Source: Fibrobacteria bacterium (lineage in GTDB: Bacteria > Fibrobacterota > Fibrobacteria > UBA11236). From it: a stretch of 64,000 bases of DNA. The stretch is from NCBI GenBank assembly GCA_050486505.1, contig JBJHDK010000004.1, positions 9,272-73,271 on the forward strand, read 5' to 3'. Made by a program: the position numbers and the translations under genes. The notes beneath the pieces were generated by a model, which was given only the letters and a program-made list of their open reading frames with translations, was not told where the DNA came from and did no database searches. Positions 37,707-54,649 of this stretch are shown piece by piece (the first letter of the stretch is position 1; each line of letters begins with the position of its first letter).

Positions 37707-37927
37707 GGGGGCAAATTTAGCACCCGCGGCATCGGATCCGGCCTTTTACAAGATTTTACGCGGATTGCAGCGCACTCCAAGTTGCATCGGCGTTCCGTTT
37801 CAAGTAATTTTACCCCTTAGAAACGGGACGAAAAATACGGGGTTTTGCGCCTTTACGGCAGTCGGTAAACGTTTCCCGCAATCAGACAACGCACAAGCAA
37901 GCGCGCAAAATCCAAGGAGAAGAGAGA

Positions 37928-38158
37928 ATGGCAACCGTTACCAAGGTCTGGCTGGATGAGTCCGAGAACGAGTGCACCATGTGTGGTGCCTGCGAGGCGA
38001 CTTGCCCCGAAGTCTTCGAAGTTCCCGAGAAGATGATTGTCGTCGACGGAGCCGACCTGTCGCTCACCGATCAAATCGTCGAGTCGGCCGAAGGCTGCCC
38101 CGTCGGTACCATCGCGATCGAGTACGACAACAGCGGCAAGCGCGACAATCCGATGTAA
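37928..38158 (+). CDS. Single-cluster Fe-S ferredoxin
   Basis: CTMCGACEATCP...CPVGTI. Acidic, 76 aa, with AGGAG upstream. Confidence 0.9.
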   Translation: MATVTKVWLDESENECTMCGACEATCPEVFEVPEKMIVVDGADLSLTDQIVESAEGCPVGTIAIEYDNSGKRDNPM

Positions 38159-38195
38159 GACACCGCGCACGACGCGCGGTTCCGATCAGACAGAC

Positions 38196-38230
38196 AAAGC
38201 CGGTTCCGACAAGGGGCCGGTTTTTTGTTT
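38196..38230. terminator. Terminator between the convergent ferredoxin and methyltransferase genes
   Basis: AAAGCCGGTTCC-gacaa-GGGGCCGGTTTTTTGTTT. Confidence 0.7.
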
Positions 38231-38244
38231 GCGTGAAGACGGAT

Positions 38245-39069
38245 CTATTTCGTTCCCACTCCAAGCCACGCCTGGCCGCTCGACTCGATCGCGCCCGGCC
38301 CGTAGGTCGAGATCAGGTAGGCATGCACGCCTTCGGCAACGGCTTCCCAGCGCTCTTCGCCGAGCTTGTTCCGCAACAACACCAACGGGGCCACCGTGCG
38401 TTGCGCCGCTTCCCAGAACTCCACAAGCGTGTCGAAGCGGTGCGTGTGACGCGCTTCATGGATCTTCACATCCTGGAACCCCGCGGCGCGCATCTCCTCC
38501 GCGAACTCTTCCACCTCACCGAGCGGGGCCTTGCCCTTGCCGAACGGAAGATCCGGCATTTGTGCCTTGATCCCCTCGATCGCGGTGCCGAACGGACCCG
38601 GCAAGGGCGCCCAGCTTGAGATCACCGCGCGACCACCGGGCTTCAGCACGCGCAAGAGTTCGCGAAACCCCGCGCCGCGATCGGGAAAGAACATGAGACC
38701 GAACATCGAGAAGGCCCCGTCGTAGGTCGCATCGGGCCATGGCAACTTTTGCCCGTCGCCCTCGTGGATCGTGATGCCCTCAATGACGGAGGCCTGGAGC
38801 CGTTTCCGGAACTGCGCCAGCATGTCGGGCGAGAAGTCGAGCGCATCGACCCGGGCGCCGATCGCGGGGTCACCCGCCGCCAACAGGGACAGCGTTCCCG
38901 GCCCGCATGCCACGTCGGCGATGCGCGCGCCCGGAGGAAGCTTCGCGAGCTTCAGCGCCTCGCGGGAGTAGTGCTCGAAGAACGGAAGCAACTCCGCGGT
39001 GTAGTCGCCGGAGACGAGGTTCCAGGGTTGTGGCGTCGCAAGGGGAGACGGCGGCGGGGTGGTGGTCAT
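38245..39069 (-). CDS. Class I SAM-dependent methyltransferase
   Basis: DVACGPG, LDFSPDM, GDGQKLPWPDATYD, FGLMFFPD and RVLKPGGR. Confidence 0.9.
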   Translation of the reverse strand: MTTTPPPSPLATPQPWNLVSGDYTAELLPFFEHYSREALKLAKLPPGARIADVACGPGTLSLLAAGDPAIGARVDALDFSPDMLAQFRKRLQASVIEGITIHEGDGQKLPWPDATYDGAFSMFGLMFFPDRGAGFRELLRVLKPGGRAVISSWAPLPGPFGTAIEGIKAQMPDLPFGKGKAPLGEVEEFAEEMRAAGFQDVKIHEARHTHRFDTLVEFWEAAQRTVAPLVLLRNKLGEERWEAVAEGVHAYLISTYGPGAIESSGQAWLGVGTK

Positions 39070-39091
39070 GGGGTCAATATTAGCCGGTCGC

Positions 39092-39125
39092 AATGTAGGG
39101 GCAAATGATTATTTGCCCCTACATT
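39092..39125. repeat. GTAG REP-like palindrome
   Basis: AATGTAGGGGCAAAT-gatt-ATTTGCCCCTACATT. Confidence 0.8.
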
Positions 39126-39215
39126 CCCTTACAGGGACCCACCACCACCCCGCCGTCCCGCGCCCCATCCACCGGATCGCCCGCGCAGCGTACCCCCCAA
39201 CTACCTTTCACCTCC

Positions 39216-40313
39216 GTGCACATCGACCGACTGACGCTTCACCATTTCCGCAATCTTCACGGCCTCGACGTGCGACCCGCCCCGGGCCTTAACCTCATCG
39301 CCGGGCCCAACGGCCACGGCAAATCGAACCTCCTCGAAAGCGTCCATTACCTCGCGCTGGCCCACTCGGGCCGCACCCGCAAGGACAAGGACCTGATCGC
39401 TTGGGACGCGCCCGCCGACGCGGGTTTCGTGGTCAGGGCGGAAGCCACGATCGGTGCGCGTGACCATGTGCAGTCGGTGGAATACACGGAACACGGAACG
39501 CGGGTAAAGGTGGAGGGGCTGGAGAGCAAGCGCCTCGGCGACCTGCTGGGGCATTTGCTGCTGGTGGCGTTTTCGCCCGAAGACCTGGATTTGCTCCGGG
39601 GGGGGCCGCAGGAGCGGCGCCGGTTCCTGGACGTGCTTCTGTGCCAACTCGACCCCGGCGCGCTGGACGTGCTGCGGCGCTACAGGCAGGCCCTGCGCCA
39701 GCGCAACGCAGTGCTCCGCTGGAACCCCGGCAAGGAGGAGGAGGCCCTCCTGGAGGCCTACGAGGCGACCCTCGCGGAGGCCGGCGCCGACATCGCCCGA
39801 AGGCGTCTCGACTGGGTCGAAAAACTGGCTCCGATGGCAGCCGGATTTTACCGGGAAATCAGCGGCAACGGAGAGCCCCTGACCCTGCGCGTGACCTCCG
39901 CCGCCGGAGCCTCCGAAGACCCGTCTTTATTGGCCGAAACGCTGCTCGCGAAGCTTCGTGAAAAGCGAGCCCAGGACCGCGAAACAGGGCTCACTTCGGT
40001 CGGCCCGCACAGGGACGATTTGCTAGCTTTTCTGGCCGGAAAAACGGTGCGGGACTTCGCCTCCCAAGGGCAAAAAAGGTCCGTGGCGCTGGCCCTCAAG
40101 CTGGCCGCCGCGGGACTGCTCGAAGAGACGGCGGGCCTCCCTCCCATCCTGATTCTGGACGACGTGTTCGCCGAACTCGACCCCGGACGCCGCGAGCGTT
40201 TCGGCGCCCTGATTGCCGGGCGCGGTCAGGCGTTCATCGCCACTCCCCGGCGCGAGGACCTCCCCTTCGCCGTGGAGTCCGTCGTGCAACTGGAGAAGGG
40301 AAAGGCGGCCTGA
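39216..40313 (+). CDS. recF: DNA replication/repair protein RecF
   Basis: FRN, GPNGHGKSNLLES (Walker A), RRRFLD, GPHRDDL, SQGQKR and LDDVFAELD. GTG 39216 is preferred over the ORF-track ATG 39105, which lies inside a REP. Confidence 0.94.
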   Translation: MHIDRLTLHHFRNLHGLDVRPAPGLNLIAGPNGHGKSNLLESVHYLALAHSGRTRKDKDLIAWDAPADAGFVVRAEATIGARDHVQSVEYTEHGTRVKVEGLESKRLGDLLGHLLLVAFSPEDLDLLRGGPQERRRFLDVLLCQLDPGALDVLRRYRQALRQRNAVLRWNPGKEEEALLEAYEATLAEAGADIARRRLDWVEKLAPMAAGFYREISGNGEPLTLRVTSAAGASEDPSLLAETLLAKLREKRAQDRETGLTSVGPHRDDLLAFLAGKTVRDFASQGQKRSVALALKLAAAGLLEETAGLPPILILDDVFAELDPGRRERFGALIAGRGQAFIATPRREDLPFAVESVVQLEKGKAA

Positions 40314-40314
40314 C

Positions 40315-43527
<3,213 letters not shown>

Positions 43528-43664
43528 GTCACAAAGTTACAGAATCCATCCCGGTCCGCCCCGGAACCATCGCCGACCGCAAAGGAAACCCCACGACTTC
43601 CGAACATTTCTCTACGACCCCGCGCTCTTGTACATTGCGCAAACTCTTCCGCAAAGGAGCTCTC

Positions 43665-44375
43665 ATGTCGCGTTCTTCGTTCCTCCCGCTTGCCCTGACC
43701 TTCCTCGCCTTCGCCGGAGCGCCCGGAATCCACGCCTCCGGCTCCGCGCCGGAGCCCCGCGTCTCCGTCCACGGCACGGGCGAGATCCGCGTCGCGCCCG
43801 ACATGGCCGTGCTGACGGTGGAGGCAACCTACAGCCACAAAACCCCGTCCGAGGCCTCGGCCGAAGTCGGCAAGGCCATGGCGGAGATCCTCCGTGCCGC
43901 GCGCAAGACCGTGCGCGACACCGCCGACCTGCGCACCGCGCGCATCCAGCTCAATCCGGAATACGATTGGGTGGACGGGAAACGCAGATTCAGGGGGTAC
44001 TCCGCCAGTCAAACCCTTGAGGTCACGGTGCGGGAGTTGGCCCGCCTGGAGGGGTTGCTGGAAGACCTGTTCAAAACTCCGCTCACGGGCTTGAACGGGC
44101 CCGACTTTCGGCATTCGAAGGCCGACAGCCTGACGCGGGCGGCACACGCTCTGGCCGTGCGGGATGCCGCGCTCAACGCGAAGACCCTGTGCGAGGCGGC
44201 GGAACGCACGTGCGACCAACTCGTCAGCCTGCGGATGTCCGGCGGCGGAGGCGGCCCGGTGTACCCGATGGCGGAGTCGCGGATGATGATGGCGGACGCC
44301 AAGGCCGGCATGCCGGTGCAGCCGGGGCTGCTGACCTTCACCGCGACAGTGACGGCGGAGTATCGGTTGGAGTAG
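43665..44375 (+). CDS. SIMPL (DUF541)-domain periplasmic protein
   Basis: Signal peptide; VSVHGTGE...PDMA, LNPEYD, GYSASQ and AVRDA..AK. Confidence 0.85.
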   Translation: MSRSSFLPLALTFLAFAGAPGIHASGSAPEPRVSVHGTGEIRVAPDMAVLTVEATYSHKTPSEASAEVGKAMAEILRAARKTVRDTADLRTARIQLNPEYDWVDGKRRFRGYSASQTLEVTVRELARLEGLLEDLFKTPLTGLNGPDFRHSKADSLTRAAHALAVRDAALNAKTLCEAAERTCDQLVSLRMSGGGGGPVYPMAESRMMMADAKAGMPVQPGLLTFTATVTAEYRLE

Positions 44376-44452
44376 GACGGAAAACGGGAACGCTCGTCCG
44401 CCCGAAACCCCTCCACCGCATCGCTTCCGGAGAAAACCCCACCGCTCAAACG

Positions 44453-44475
44453 AAAAAGGGACGCTTACGCGTCCC
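44453..44475 (-). terminator. Terminator at the end of the atp operon
   Basis: Minus strand GGGACGC-GTAA-GCGTCCC followed by TTTTT. Confidence 0.7.
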
Positions 44476-44518
44476 GAATTCATTTCCTTCGCTCTCCCCC
44501 CTTTGGGGGACTGGGGGG

Positions 44519-44767
44519 TTACGCTTTCTCCGCCGAATCGACCAGCACCACGCCATTGTCGTGGCTGAACTCGAAAAAGCCCGCGCTGACCTTGAACAGC
44601 AATTCCTTCTTGTCCGCGATCACGCGCACCTCGCCCGGAACCAGGCCCGAGAGAATCGGCACGTGACCCTTCAACACTTCGAAGGAACCCTCGGCACCGG
44701 GAACACGCACGCTCTCGGCCTCGGCGTCGAAGACGGTCTTCTCGGGAGTGAGGATCTGAACCTTCAT
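44519..44767 (-). CDS. atpC: ATP synthase epsilon (beta-sandwich only, 82 aa)
   Basis: ILTPE, PGAEGSFEVLKGHVP and GFFE. Confidence 0.92.
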   Translation of the reverse strand: MKVQILTPEKTVFDAEAESVRVPGAEGSFEVLKGHVPILSGLVPGEVRVIADKKELLFKVSAGFFEFSHDNGVVLVDSAEKA

Positions 44768-44769
44768 TT

Positions 44770-46203
<1,434 letters not shown>

Positions 46204-46220
46204 TTAATTCATTGCCGAGG

Positions 46221-46270
46221 CGTAGGGGCAAATGATGGGGCGCAAGCGCCTGGCACAATTTGCCCCTACG
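46221..46270. repeat. GTAG REP-like palindrome with inner hairpin between atpG and atpD
   Basis: CGTAGGGGCAAAT...ATTTGCCCCTACG enclosing GGCGCAAGCGCC. Confidence 0.75.
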
Positions 46271-46273
46271 TCG

Positions 46274-47173
46274 TTATCCCTTCAGCGCTTCCGCGCCCGA
46301 GACGATCTCGATCAGCTCGCGGGTGATCGCGGCCTGGCGCGCGCGGTTCATGGTCAGGGTCATCGACCCGATCAAATCCTTCGTGTTCTTGGTCGCGTTG
46401 TCCATCGCGGTCATGCGTGCGCTATGCTCGCCCACCGCATTCTCCAGCAGCGCGCGGAACACCTGCAGCGTGACGAGGCGCGGCACCAGCTCGGCGAACA
46501 GGCTTTCCTGGTCAGGCTCGAACGCGTACACATCCTTCATCCCGCCATTCTTTTCGGAGGAGAGGGGGGGTTCCGTTCCGGTTTTCACTTCGGAAGGGGA
46601 CGGCTCGGCGGGCGTCATCGGCAGGATCGGCACGAACACGGGAACCTGCGAAAGCACGCTGCGGAACTGGTTGTATACCAGCACCACGCGGTCGCACTTG
46701 CCGGCGAGATAGTCACGCGTCAATGCTTCGGCGATGGCAGAGGCATTCGCGTAGGTCGGCGCGTTGGTGTGCTCCGTCGCGAGCGTCTCGACTTTTTCCG
46801 AGCGCGCGATGAAGTCGCGGGCGCGGCGACCGAGGCCCATCGCCTCCGCAGGAACGGTGTCGGCAGGGCGGCGCGAGAACGTGCGGAAGAGGTTGTTGTT
46901 GAACGCGCCGGCCAGCCCGCGATCCGAGGACACGATCACGTAACGGATTCGGCCCGCGCTCCGCGTCTGCAGCAGGGGATGCTCCGGGGATTCCATGGCG
47001 GAGAGTACCCGACCGAACATTTCCTCCATGCGATCTGCATAAGGCTTGGAGCGCGCGTGCGCGTCTTGCGCCCGCTTCAGCTTGGCCGCAGAGACCATTT
47101 TCATGGCCGCCGTGATCTTGCTGGTGTTCTTCAGCGCCTTGATGCGGAGGCGCAGTTCCTTGATTCCCGCCAT
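46274..47173 (-). CDS. atpG: ATP synthase gamma
   Basis: KITAAMKMVSAAK, SDRGLAGAFN, ARMTAMDNAT and RQAAITREL. Confidence 0.97.
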   Translation of the reverse strand: MAGIKELRLRIKALKNTSKITAAMKMVSAAKLKRAQDAHARSKPYADRMEEMFGRVLSAMESPEHPLLQTRSAGRIRYVIVSSDRGLAGAFNNNLFRTFSRRPADTVPAEAMGLGRRARDFIARSEKVETLATEHTNAPTYANASAIAEALTRDYLAGKCDRVVLVYNQFRSVLSQVPVFVPILPMTPAEPSPSEVKTGTEPPLSSEKNGGMKDVYAFEPDQESLFAELVPRLVTLQVFRALLENAVGEHSARMTAMDNATKNTKDLIGSMTLTMNRARQAAITRELIEIVSGAEALKG

Positions 47174-47186
47174 CGGTTCTTCCCGC

Positions 47187-48716
<1,530 letters not shown>

Positions 48717-48733
48717 GATGTTTTCCTGTTTTC

Positions 48734-49279
48734 CTACGCGGCCGCAAGCCGCTGCCTGAGTCCGTCAAGTTTGTGTCGCAGGCTTGCGTCGGTGACGTAG
48801 CCCTCCTCTTCGACGCGGAAGCCCGCGATCAAGGAGTCGTCCACTTCGTTGTGGAGGGTGAATTCGGCGCCGGCCCGAAGCTTCGAGAGGACGCCGGACA
48901 GGGTATCGAGTTGCCCCGCGGTCATGGGCTTCGCGCTCACGATCCGCGCGCGCCGGATGTTCCGTGCGTCTTCGTCGAGGCGGAGAAAGGTCGCGATGAT
49001 GTCGGGAAACAAGGCGAGCCGGCCTTTCGCCTCAAGCAGTGCCAGCAAGCGACGCACGGTTTCCGTCGCCTTCTCCGAGATCGGCCGCACGATGATCGCG
49101 CGCTTCTCCTCGGAGAGGCCGACAAGGGTCAACGCACGAACCAGCGAGGGGTTCGCGGAGAACGTCCGCTCCAGGGCGATGAAATCATCGCGCACCCCCT
49201 CCACGCTCCCTTGGGAGGCCGCGTATTCGAGGAGGGTCCTGGCGTACACCGCCGCCGCTTTGTGAAAATGCCGCGCCAT
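48734..49279 (-). CDS. atpH: ATP synthase delta
   Basis: [16 protein letters not shown] and DASL. Lies between atpF and atpA. Confidence 0.88.
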   Translation of the reverse strand: MARHFHKAAAVYARTLLEYAASQGSVEGVRDDFIALERTFSANPSLVRALTLVGLSEEKRAIIVRPISEKATETVRRLLALLEAKGRLALFPDIIATFLRLDEDARNIRRARIVSAKPMTAGQLDTLSGVLSKLRAGAEFTLHNEVDDSLIAGFRVEEEGYVTDASLRHKLDGLRQRLAAA

Positions 49280-49280
49280 G

Positions 49281-49859
49281 TTATGCCTTCGGGGAAACCT
49301 CGTTGATGAGCTCGTCAACCAGCTTGCGCGTCTTTGCCTCGTCGAGGTTCGTGCGAATCAACTTTTCCGCGATGCTCACGGAAAGCTCCGCCGTCACCTT
49401 GCGCAGTTCGGCGACCGCGGCGGTTTTCTCGGCTTCGATCTCGCGACGCGCGGCCTCGAGAATGCGCTGCTTCTCCTGGTGCGCCGTCTCTTCAACCTTC
49501 TTCTTCAGCGCCTCGCCCGACTCGCGCGCGGTCTGCAACACGGAAGCGGCCTGGGCACGCGACTCCGCGAGGATACGCGCCTGCTCTTCCGCAAGCCTGG
49601 CGCTCTCCGATTGGATCCGCGACGCCTGCTCAAGACTTTCGCGGACCGTTTTTTCACGGGCATCAAGCGCGTCGATAATGGGGTTCCACGCGAATTTGCG
49701 CAGCAGCAGCATCAGGAGAATGAAGACGACGAGCGCCCACACCCCGACGCCGGGATCGAAGCGAAGTAACGGTGATCCTTCGCCCTGCGCCGCAAGTGCG
49801 GGGGTCGCGCCCGCAAGCAGCATCACGGCAGGGATCAATCCGTGGAGGGATCGGTTCAT
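49281..49859 (-). CDS. atpF: ATP synthase subunit b
   Basis: TM helix, then KFAWNPIIDALDARE and a coiled coil. Start MNRSLHG. Confidence 0.92.
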   Translation of the reverse strand: MNRSLHGLIPAVMLLAGATPALAAQGEGSPLLRFDPGVGVWALVVFILLMLLLRKFAWNPIIDALDAREKTVRESLEQASRIQSESARLAEEQARILAESRAQAASVLQTARESGEALKKKVEETAHQEKQRILEAARREIEAEKTAAVAELRKVTAELSVSIAEKLIRTNLDEAKTRKLVDELINEVSPKA

Positions 49860-49891
49860 GCGAACTTCCTTTTCACCGCTTGCGCGGGATG

Positions 49892-50995
<1,104 letters not shown>

Positions 50996-50999
<4 letters not shown>

Positions 51000-51367
51000 T
51001 TTGCCATCAATCCGGGATTGCGAAGAATATGGCGTATCTCGACGACTTGATAGATGAGGTAACCCGCCATTCCGGTGAACACGAAGGAATACAACGAGGG
51101 GCCATGTCCCAAGCCCCGGATCACCAGAAGCATGATCGCCGCGAGGAACAGCAGTCGCGCCATCATCGAGATGAAAATCAGCCGGATTGGATCCATTTGG
51201 GAACGAAGACCGAGGATCCAGATGGCTGCGAATGCGTTGACGGCCATGAGAGCGAGGCCTGCCCAAGCGTAAAAGAGGTGCATTTCGGGCCAAAATCCGG
51301 ACAGAATCGCAGCGGCGCCGAAAAGCGCCAGTGTGGTCATGCCCAAGGATTTCAGAAAGGCGTTCAA
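50996..51367 (-). CDS. AtpI-like membrane protein
   Basis: 123 aa with four TM helices, directly upstream of atpB. Confidence 0.65.
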
Positions 51368-51494
51368 AGGGTTTCCCGAGAAAGCGCGGACTCACGAGCC
51401 GCATGCAGAACGGGCCGCAATGTTAGAAAGAAGCCGCTTCGATTTAAAGGCGAAATGTGCCGCAAGTGGCTGTTCGGCACTGATTTCCAGCCGC

Positions 51495-51728
51495 TCAGGG
51501 TGGCCCTCCGTGACGGTTCGCCCGATCAAGACCCTTGACCACGCGATAGACCGTATAGCCGGCCCCCAAAAGCCCCGCCGAGGTTCCTCCAAAGGCCCCC
51601 CATGGATGCCACCCCCAGGTGTTGTCGATCCACTTCCCCAGCAGCATTCCGCCGGCAATCCAGACTGCGAGCGTCCAACCCAGGGTCAGCAACAGGGCCA
51701 AATCTGGAGAAATCTTGGGGCCCGGCAT
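51495..51728 (-). CDS. AtpZ/AtpI-family small membrane protein
   Basis: G..LGKWIDNTWGWHPWG..G...G motif. Start MPGPKIS. Confidence 0.75.
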   Translation of the reverse strand: MPGPKISPDLALLLTLGWTLAVWIAGGMLLGKWIDNTWGWHPWGAFGGTSAGLLGAGYTVYRVVKGLDRANRHGGPP

Positions 51729-51750
51729 GGGAGTTCCCGTGCGTTGCGGG

Positions 51751-52092
51751 TCAGTCGCGGGCGGCGTCCATCGAGCAATTGCCCTGAAAAATCGCGCCCT
51801 CTTGCACCACAAGCTCACGCGCGTGCAGATCGCCCACCAGCACGGACTTGTCTTCGAGCACGAGCTTCTCCTGTACATGGATGTTTCCCGTCAAGCGTCC
51901 GGCCAGCGTCGCGGATCGGCTGGTGACGTCGCCTTCGACGGTTCCTGTCAGGCTGAGAACCAGATTTCCGCCCACGGAAATCGACCCCTTGACCGCGCCC
52001 TCGACGCGCAAGTCGTGTTCCACCGCCATGTCGCCGGTGATGCGGGTGCCTTCGCCGATGAAGGTCATGCTGGTTGCGGCGTTTTTCGACAT
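51751..52092 (-). CDS. Bactofilin (polymer-forming cytoskeletal protein)
   Basis: TFIGEGTRITGD, LRVEGAVKG, G.VEGDV and EGAIFQGNCSM. Confidence 0.92.
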   Translation of the reverse strand: MSKNAATSMTFIGEGTRITGDMAVEHDLRVEGAVKGSISVGGNLVLSLTGTVEGDVTSRSATLAGRLTGNIHVQEKLVLEDKSVLVGDLHARELVVQEGAIFQGNCSMDAARD

Positions 52093-52104
52093 GCTCGTTC
52101 CTCG

Positions 52105-52923
52105 TTATTCCAGATAGGTAAGTGGGTCGACCGGCTGCCCCCGGAAGATAATTTCGAAATGCAAATGGGGCCCAAGGCTGCGACCGGTACTCCCCACGAT
52201 TCCGAGCGGGCTGCCTTTGCCGAGCTGGTCTCCGGGCTTCACGAATACCCGGGCAAGGTGTCCGTACAGCGTTTCCACGCCGAAGTCGTGGTTGACGCGC
52301 ACATACAGCCCCAGATCATTGTCCCAGCCCTGCTCCGTCACCATGCCGCGCGCCGCGCTCACCACGACGGCATTTTCCTCGGTCAGGATATCGATGCCGT
52401 CGTGCCGCGGCTCGGTGGAGCTTCCCGGCGAAAAGCGCTGGCTGATGATGCCCTTCACCGGCCAGATGTTCGGGTTTCTCTCACGGGCAAGTGAGGCATC
52501 GCGCTCCTCGAGTTGCCGGTCGATGGCGCGCAAATTCTCAAACAAGCCGGTCATGTCGCGACCTGTCCACGATGGAACCGCGGCAACGCGCGCAGGATCG
52601 GGCGCGTCCGACAAGAACGCCTGCAAGATGTTCCTGATCGATCGCTCCCGCTCGGCCATCATGGCCAGCTCACGCTCGATCTGGAACATCTTGCGCTGTT
52701 GGGCCTGCAATTCCTGGTTGCGTTCGGCCATGTGGCTGGCCAACAGAACCTTCCCCTGGATCTGCGTCAGTTTCACTGCGGCGAAACCAGCAGCGAACAG
52801 CGCCAGAACAAAGGCGTAAAAAAGGAACTCAAAGAACGGCCGTCGCAGCCGGAACGTCCAGGCCTCACCCGAGCCTTCGGGGAGAATCTGGATGGTCACG
52901 AAGCTTTTTTTGCGCGGGGGCAT
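52105..52923 (-). CDS. M23-family metallopeptidase with TM helix and coiled coil
   Basis: WPVKG, HDGID (HxxxD), YGHL and GPHLHFE (HxH). Confidence 0.92.
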   Translation of the reverse strand: MPPRKKSFVTIQILPEGSGEAWTFRLRRPFFEFLFYAFVLALFAAGFAAVKLTQIQGKVLLASHMAERNQELQAQQRKMFQIERELAMMAERERSIRNILQAFLSDAPDPARVAAVPSWTGRDMTGLFENLRAIDRQLEERDASLARERNPNIWPVKGIISQRFSPGSSTEPRHDGIDILTEENAVVVSAARGMVTEQGWDNDLGLYVRVNHDFGVETLYGHLARVFVKPGDQLGKGSPLGIVGSTGRSLGPHLHFEIIFRGQPVDPLTYLE

Positions 52924-53024
52924 CGGGTCAAATTAGGAAGTCTTGGGATACGGAAAAAATCAGGGGGGACTCCCCGAGGACAACCCTCCGCCTCGGTCCT
53001 GACGAAGGCCGCACAGGAAAACCC

Positions 53025-53879
53025 TCAGGCCGTGCGTCCGCGCCGCAGGACGTCGACCATATTGTTTAATTCGTCACTGTTCTTGTAATGAATTTCGAGC
53101 ACTCCCTTGCGGGCGCCGCCACGCAGCGAAACCTTCATGCCCACAAGCGACTTCACCTCGTCGAGGAACGCGCGTGTATTCGCATCCAGAACCGCGCCCT
53201 TCCCGGCCTTCCGCGAAGGGCCAGCCTTTTCGGCATCGCGAACATTCAGGGAAGCTTCCAGGATCGCGCGTGCACGCTGGATCTGTTTCGCCCCCTGGTA
53301 TTGTAGCAGCGCCCGGCCGTGTCCGGCCGTCAGCTTGCCCTCTCGCAACCAGGCCTGAACCTGCGGTTCCAGCCTCAGCAAGCGCAGGGTATTGGTCACC
53401 GCGGCGCGACTGCGCCCTACGCGCACGGCGATTTCCTCGTGGGTCATTCCGCAGGCTCCGGCCAGTTGCTCGTAGGCCTGCGCTTCTTCGACCGCATTGA
53501 GCTGCACCCGCTGGATGTTCTCAACAAGCGCGAGCTCGCGCATGTCGCGGTCGGACACCTGCTCGCGAACCAACGCGGGAATGTGCGTCCGGTTCAGGCT
53601 CTGGAATGCCCGAAAACGTCTCTCGCCGGAAACAATCTGATAGCCATCTCCGTGCTTGCGCAGGAAGATCGGCTGGATCAGGCCGCTTTGTGCGATCGAG
53701 TCTGCAAGTTCCTGCAACTCCTCTTTCGAAAAATCCTGCCGGGGCTGGAAAGGGTTCGGTAAAATCAGCGAGAGTTCGATCTCATGCACCGCTGACCCCG
53801 TTTGAGGATCCTTGACCTCCGTCCCGAGGTTCGCGAAGATCGCGTCGAGCCCCTTGCCAAGCGCGCGCCGGGAGCTCAT
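53025..53879 (-). CDS. parB: Chromosome partitioning protein ParB
   Basis: LGKGLDAI, NPFQPR, GERRFRA, ENIQR and HTH SRAAVTNTLRLL. Confidence 0.96.
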   Translation of the reverse strand: MSSRRALGKGLDAIFANLGTEVKDPQTGSAVHEIELSLILPNPFQPRQDFSKEELQELADSIAQSGLIQPIFLRKHGDGYQIVSGERRFRAFQSLNRTHIPALVREQVSDRDMRELALVENIQRVQLNAVEEAQAYEQLAGACGMTHEEIAVRVGRSRAAVTNTLRLLRLEPQVQAWLREGKLTAGHGRALLQYQGAKQIQRARAILEASLNVRDAEKAGPSRKAGKGAVLDANTRAFLDEVKSLVGMKVSLRGGARKGVLEIHYKNSDELNNMVDVLRRGRTA

Positions 53880-54649
53880 TTCTCCAGAATCTCCCTGGCG
53901 AGCTCCATGTAGCGCACCGCTCCCACCGAAACCACGTCGTAAAGAATCACGGGCTTGCCGAACGATGGCGCCTCCGAGAGCTTCACGCTGCGGGGAATAA
54001 TGGTTTTGAAGACCTTCTCCGAGAACGTGTTCTGCACATCCTCCGCCACCTGCTTCGAGAGATTGAGGCGACTATCGTACATCGTCAGCAACGCGCCCTC
54101 GATCGCCAGCTTGGGATTCGTGCTCTGTTGCACCAGACGAATCGTGTTCAGCAGTTCTGCCAGTCCCTGCAATGCATAGTACTCGCACTGGATGGGAATC
54201 AACACCGAATCCGCCGCAGTCAGAACATTCAGGGTGAGAATGTTGAGGCTCGGCGGCGAGTCGATCAAAATGAAATCGTAGTCCGCACGCACCGCCTCCA
54301 GCACACGCGCCAGCCGTCGTTCGCGCTTGGACTCCTGCAGCAGCTTGACCTCGAGACCTGCAAGGGAGCGCGAGCATGGAAAGACGTCGAGATACGCCAT
54401 GCCCGTCTTTTTAATGAAACCTTTGACGCGATCCTTCGTGACCTGTTCTTCGGGCAGCAGGAGGGCGTCGTAAACATCCTCCTCGAAATCTTCGTCGAAG
54501 CCCAGTCCCTGCGTCGAGTTCGCCTGCGGATCCATATCCACCAGCAAGACGCGCTTCTCCATGGCCGCCAAAGCAGCTGAAAGATTCACGCAGGTGGTGG
54601 TCTTTCCCACCCCGCCCTTCTGGTTGCATGCGGCGATGATCCTGCTCAC
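53876..54649 (-). CDS. parA: Chromosome partitioning ATPase ParA/Soj
   Basis: NQKGGVGKTTT, DMDPQAN, IDSPPSL, QCEYYAL and EAPSFG. GTG start overlaps the rsmG stop. Confidence 0.96.
   Translation of the reverse strand: MSRIIAACNQKGGVGKTTTCVNLSAALAAMEKRVLLVDMDPQANSTQGLGFDEDFEEDVYDALLLPEEQVTKDRVKGFIKKTGMAYLDVFPCSRSLAGLEVKLLQESKRERRLARVLEAVRADYDFILIDSPPSLNILTLNVLTAADSVLIPIQCEYYALQGLAELLNTIRLVQQSTNPKLAIEGALLTMYDSRLNLSKQVAEDVQNTFSEKVFKTIIPRSVKLSEAPSFGKPVILYDVVSVGAVRYMELAREILEK

Noticed and set aside
39105..39215. 37-aa N-terminal extension of RecF
   Set aside because: That ATG lies inside a REP palindrome; homology and the upstream TACCTT box favour GTG 39216.
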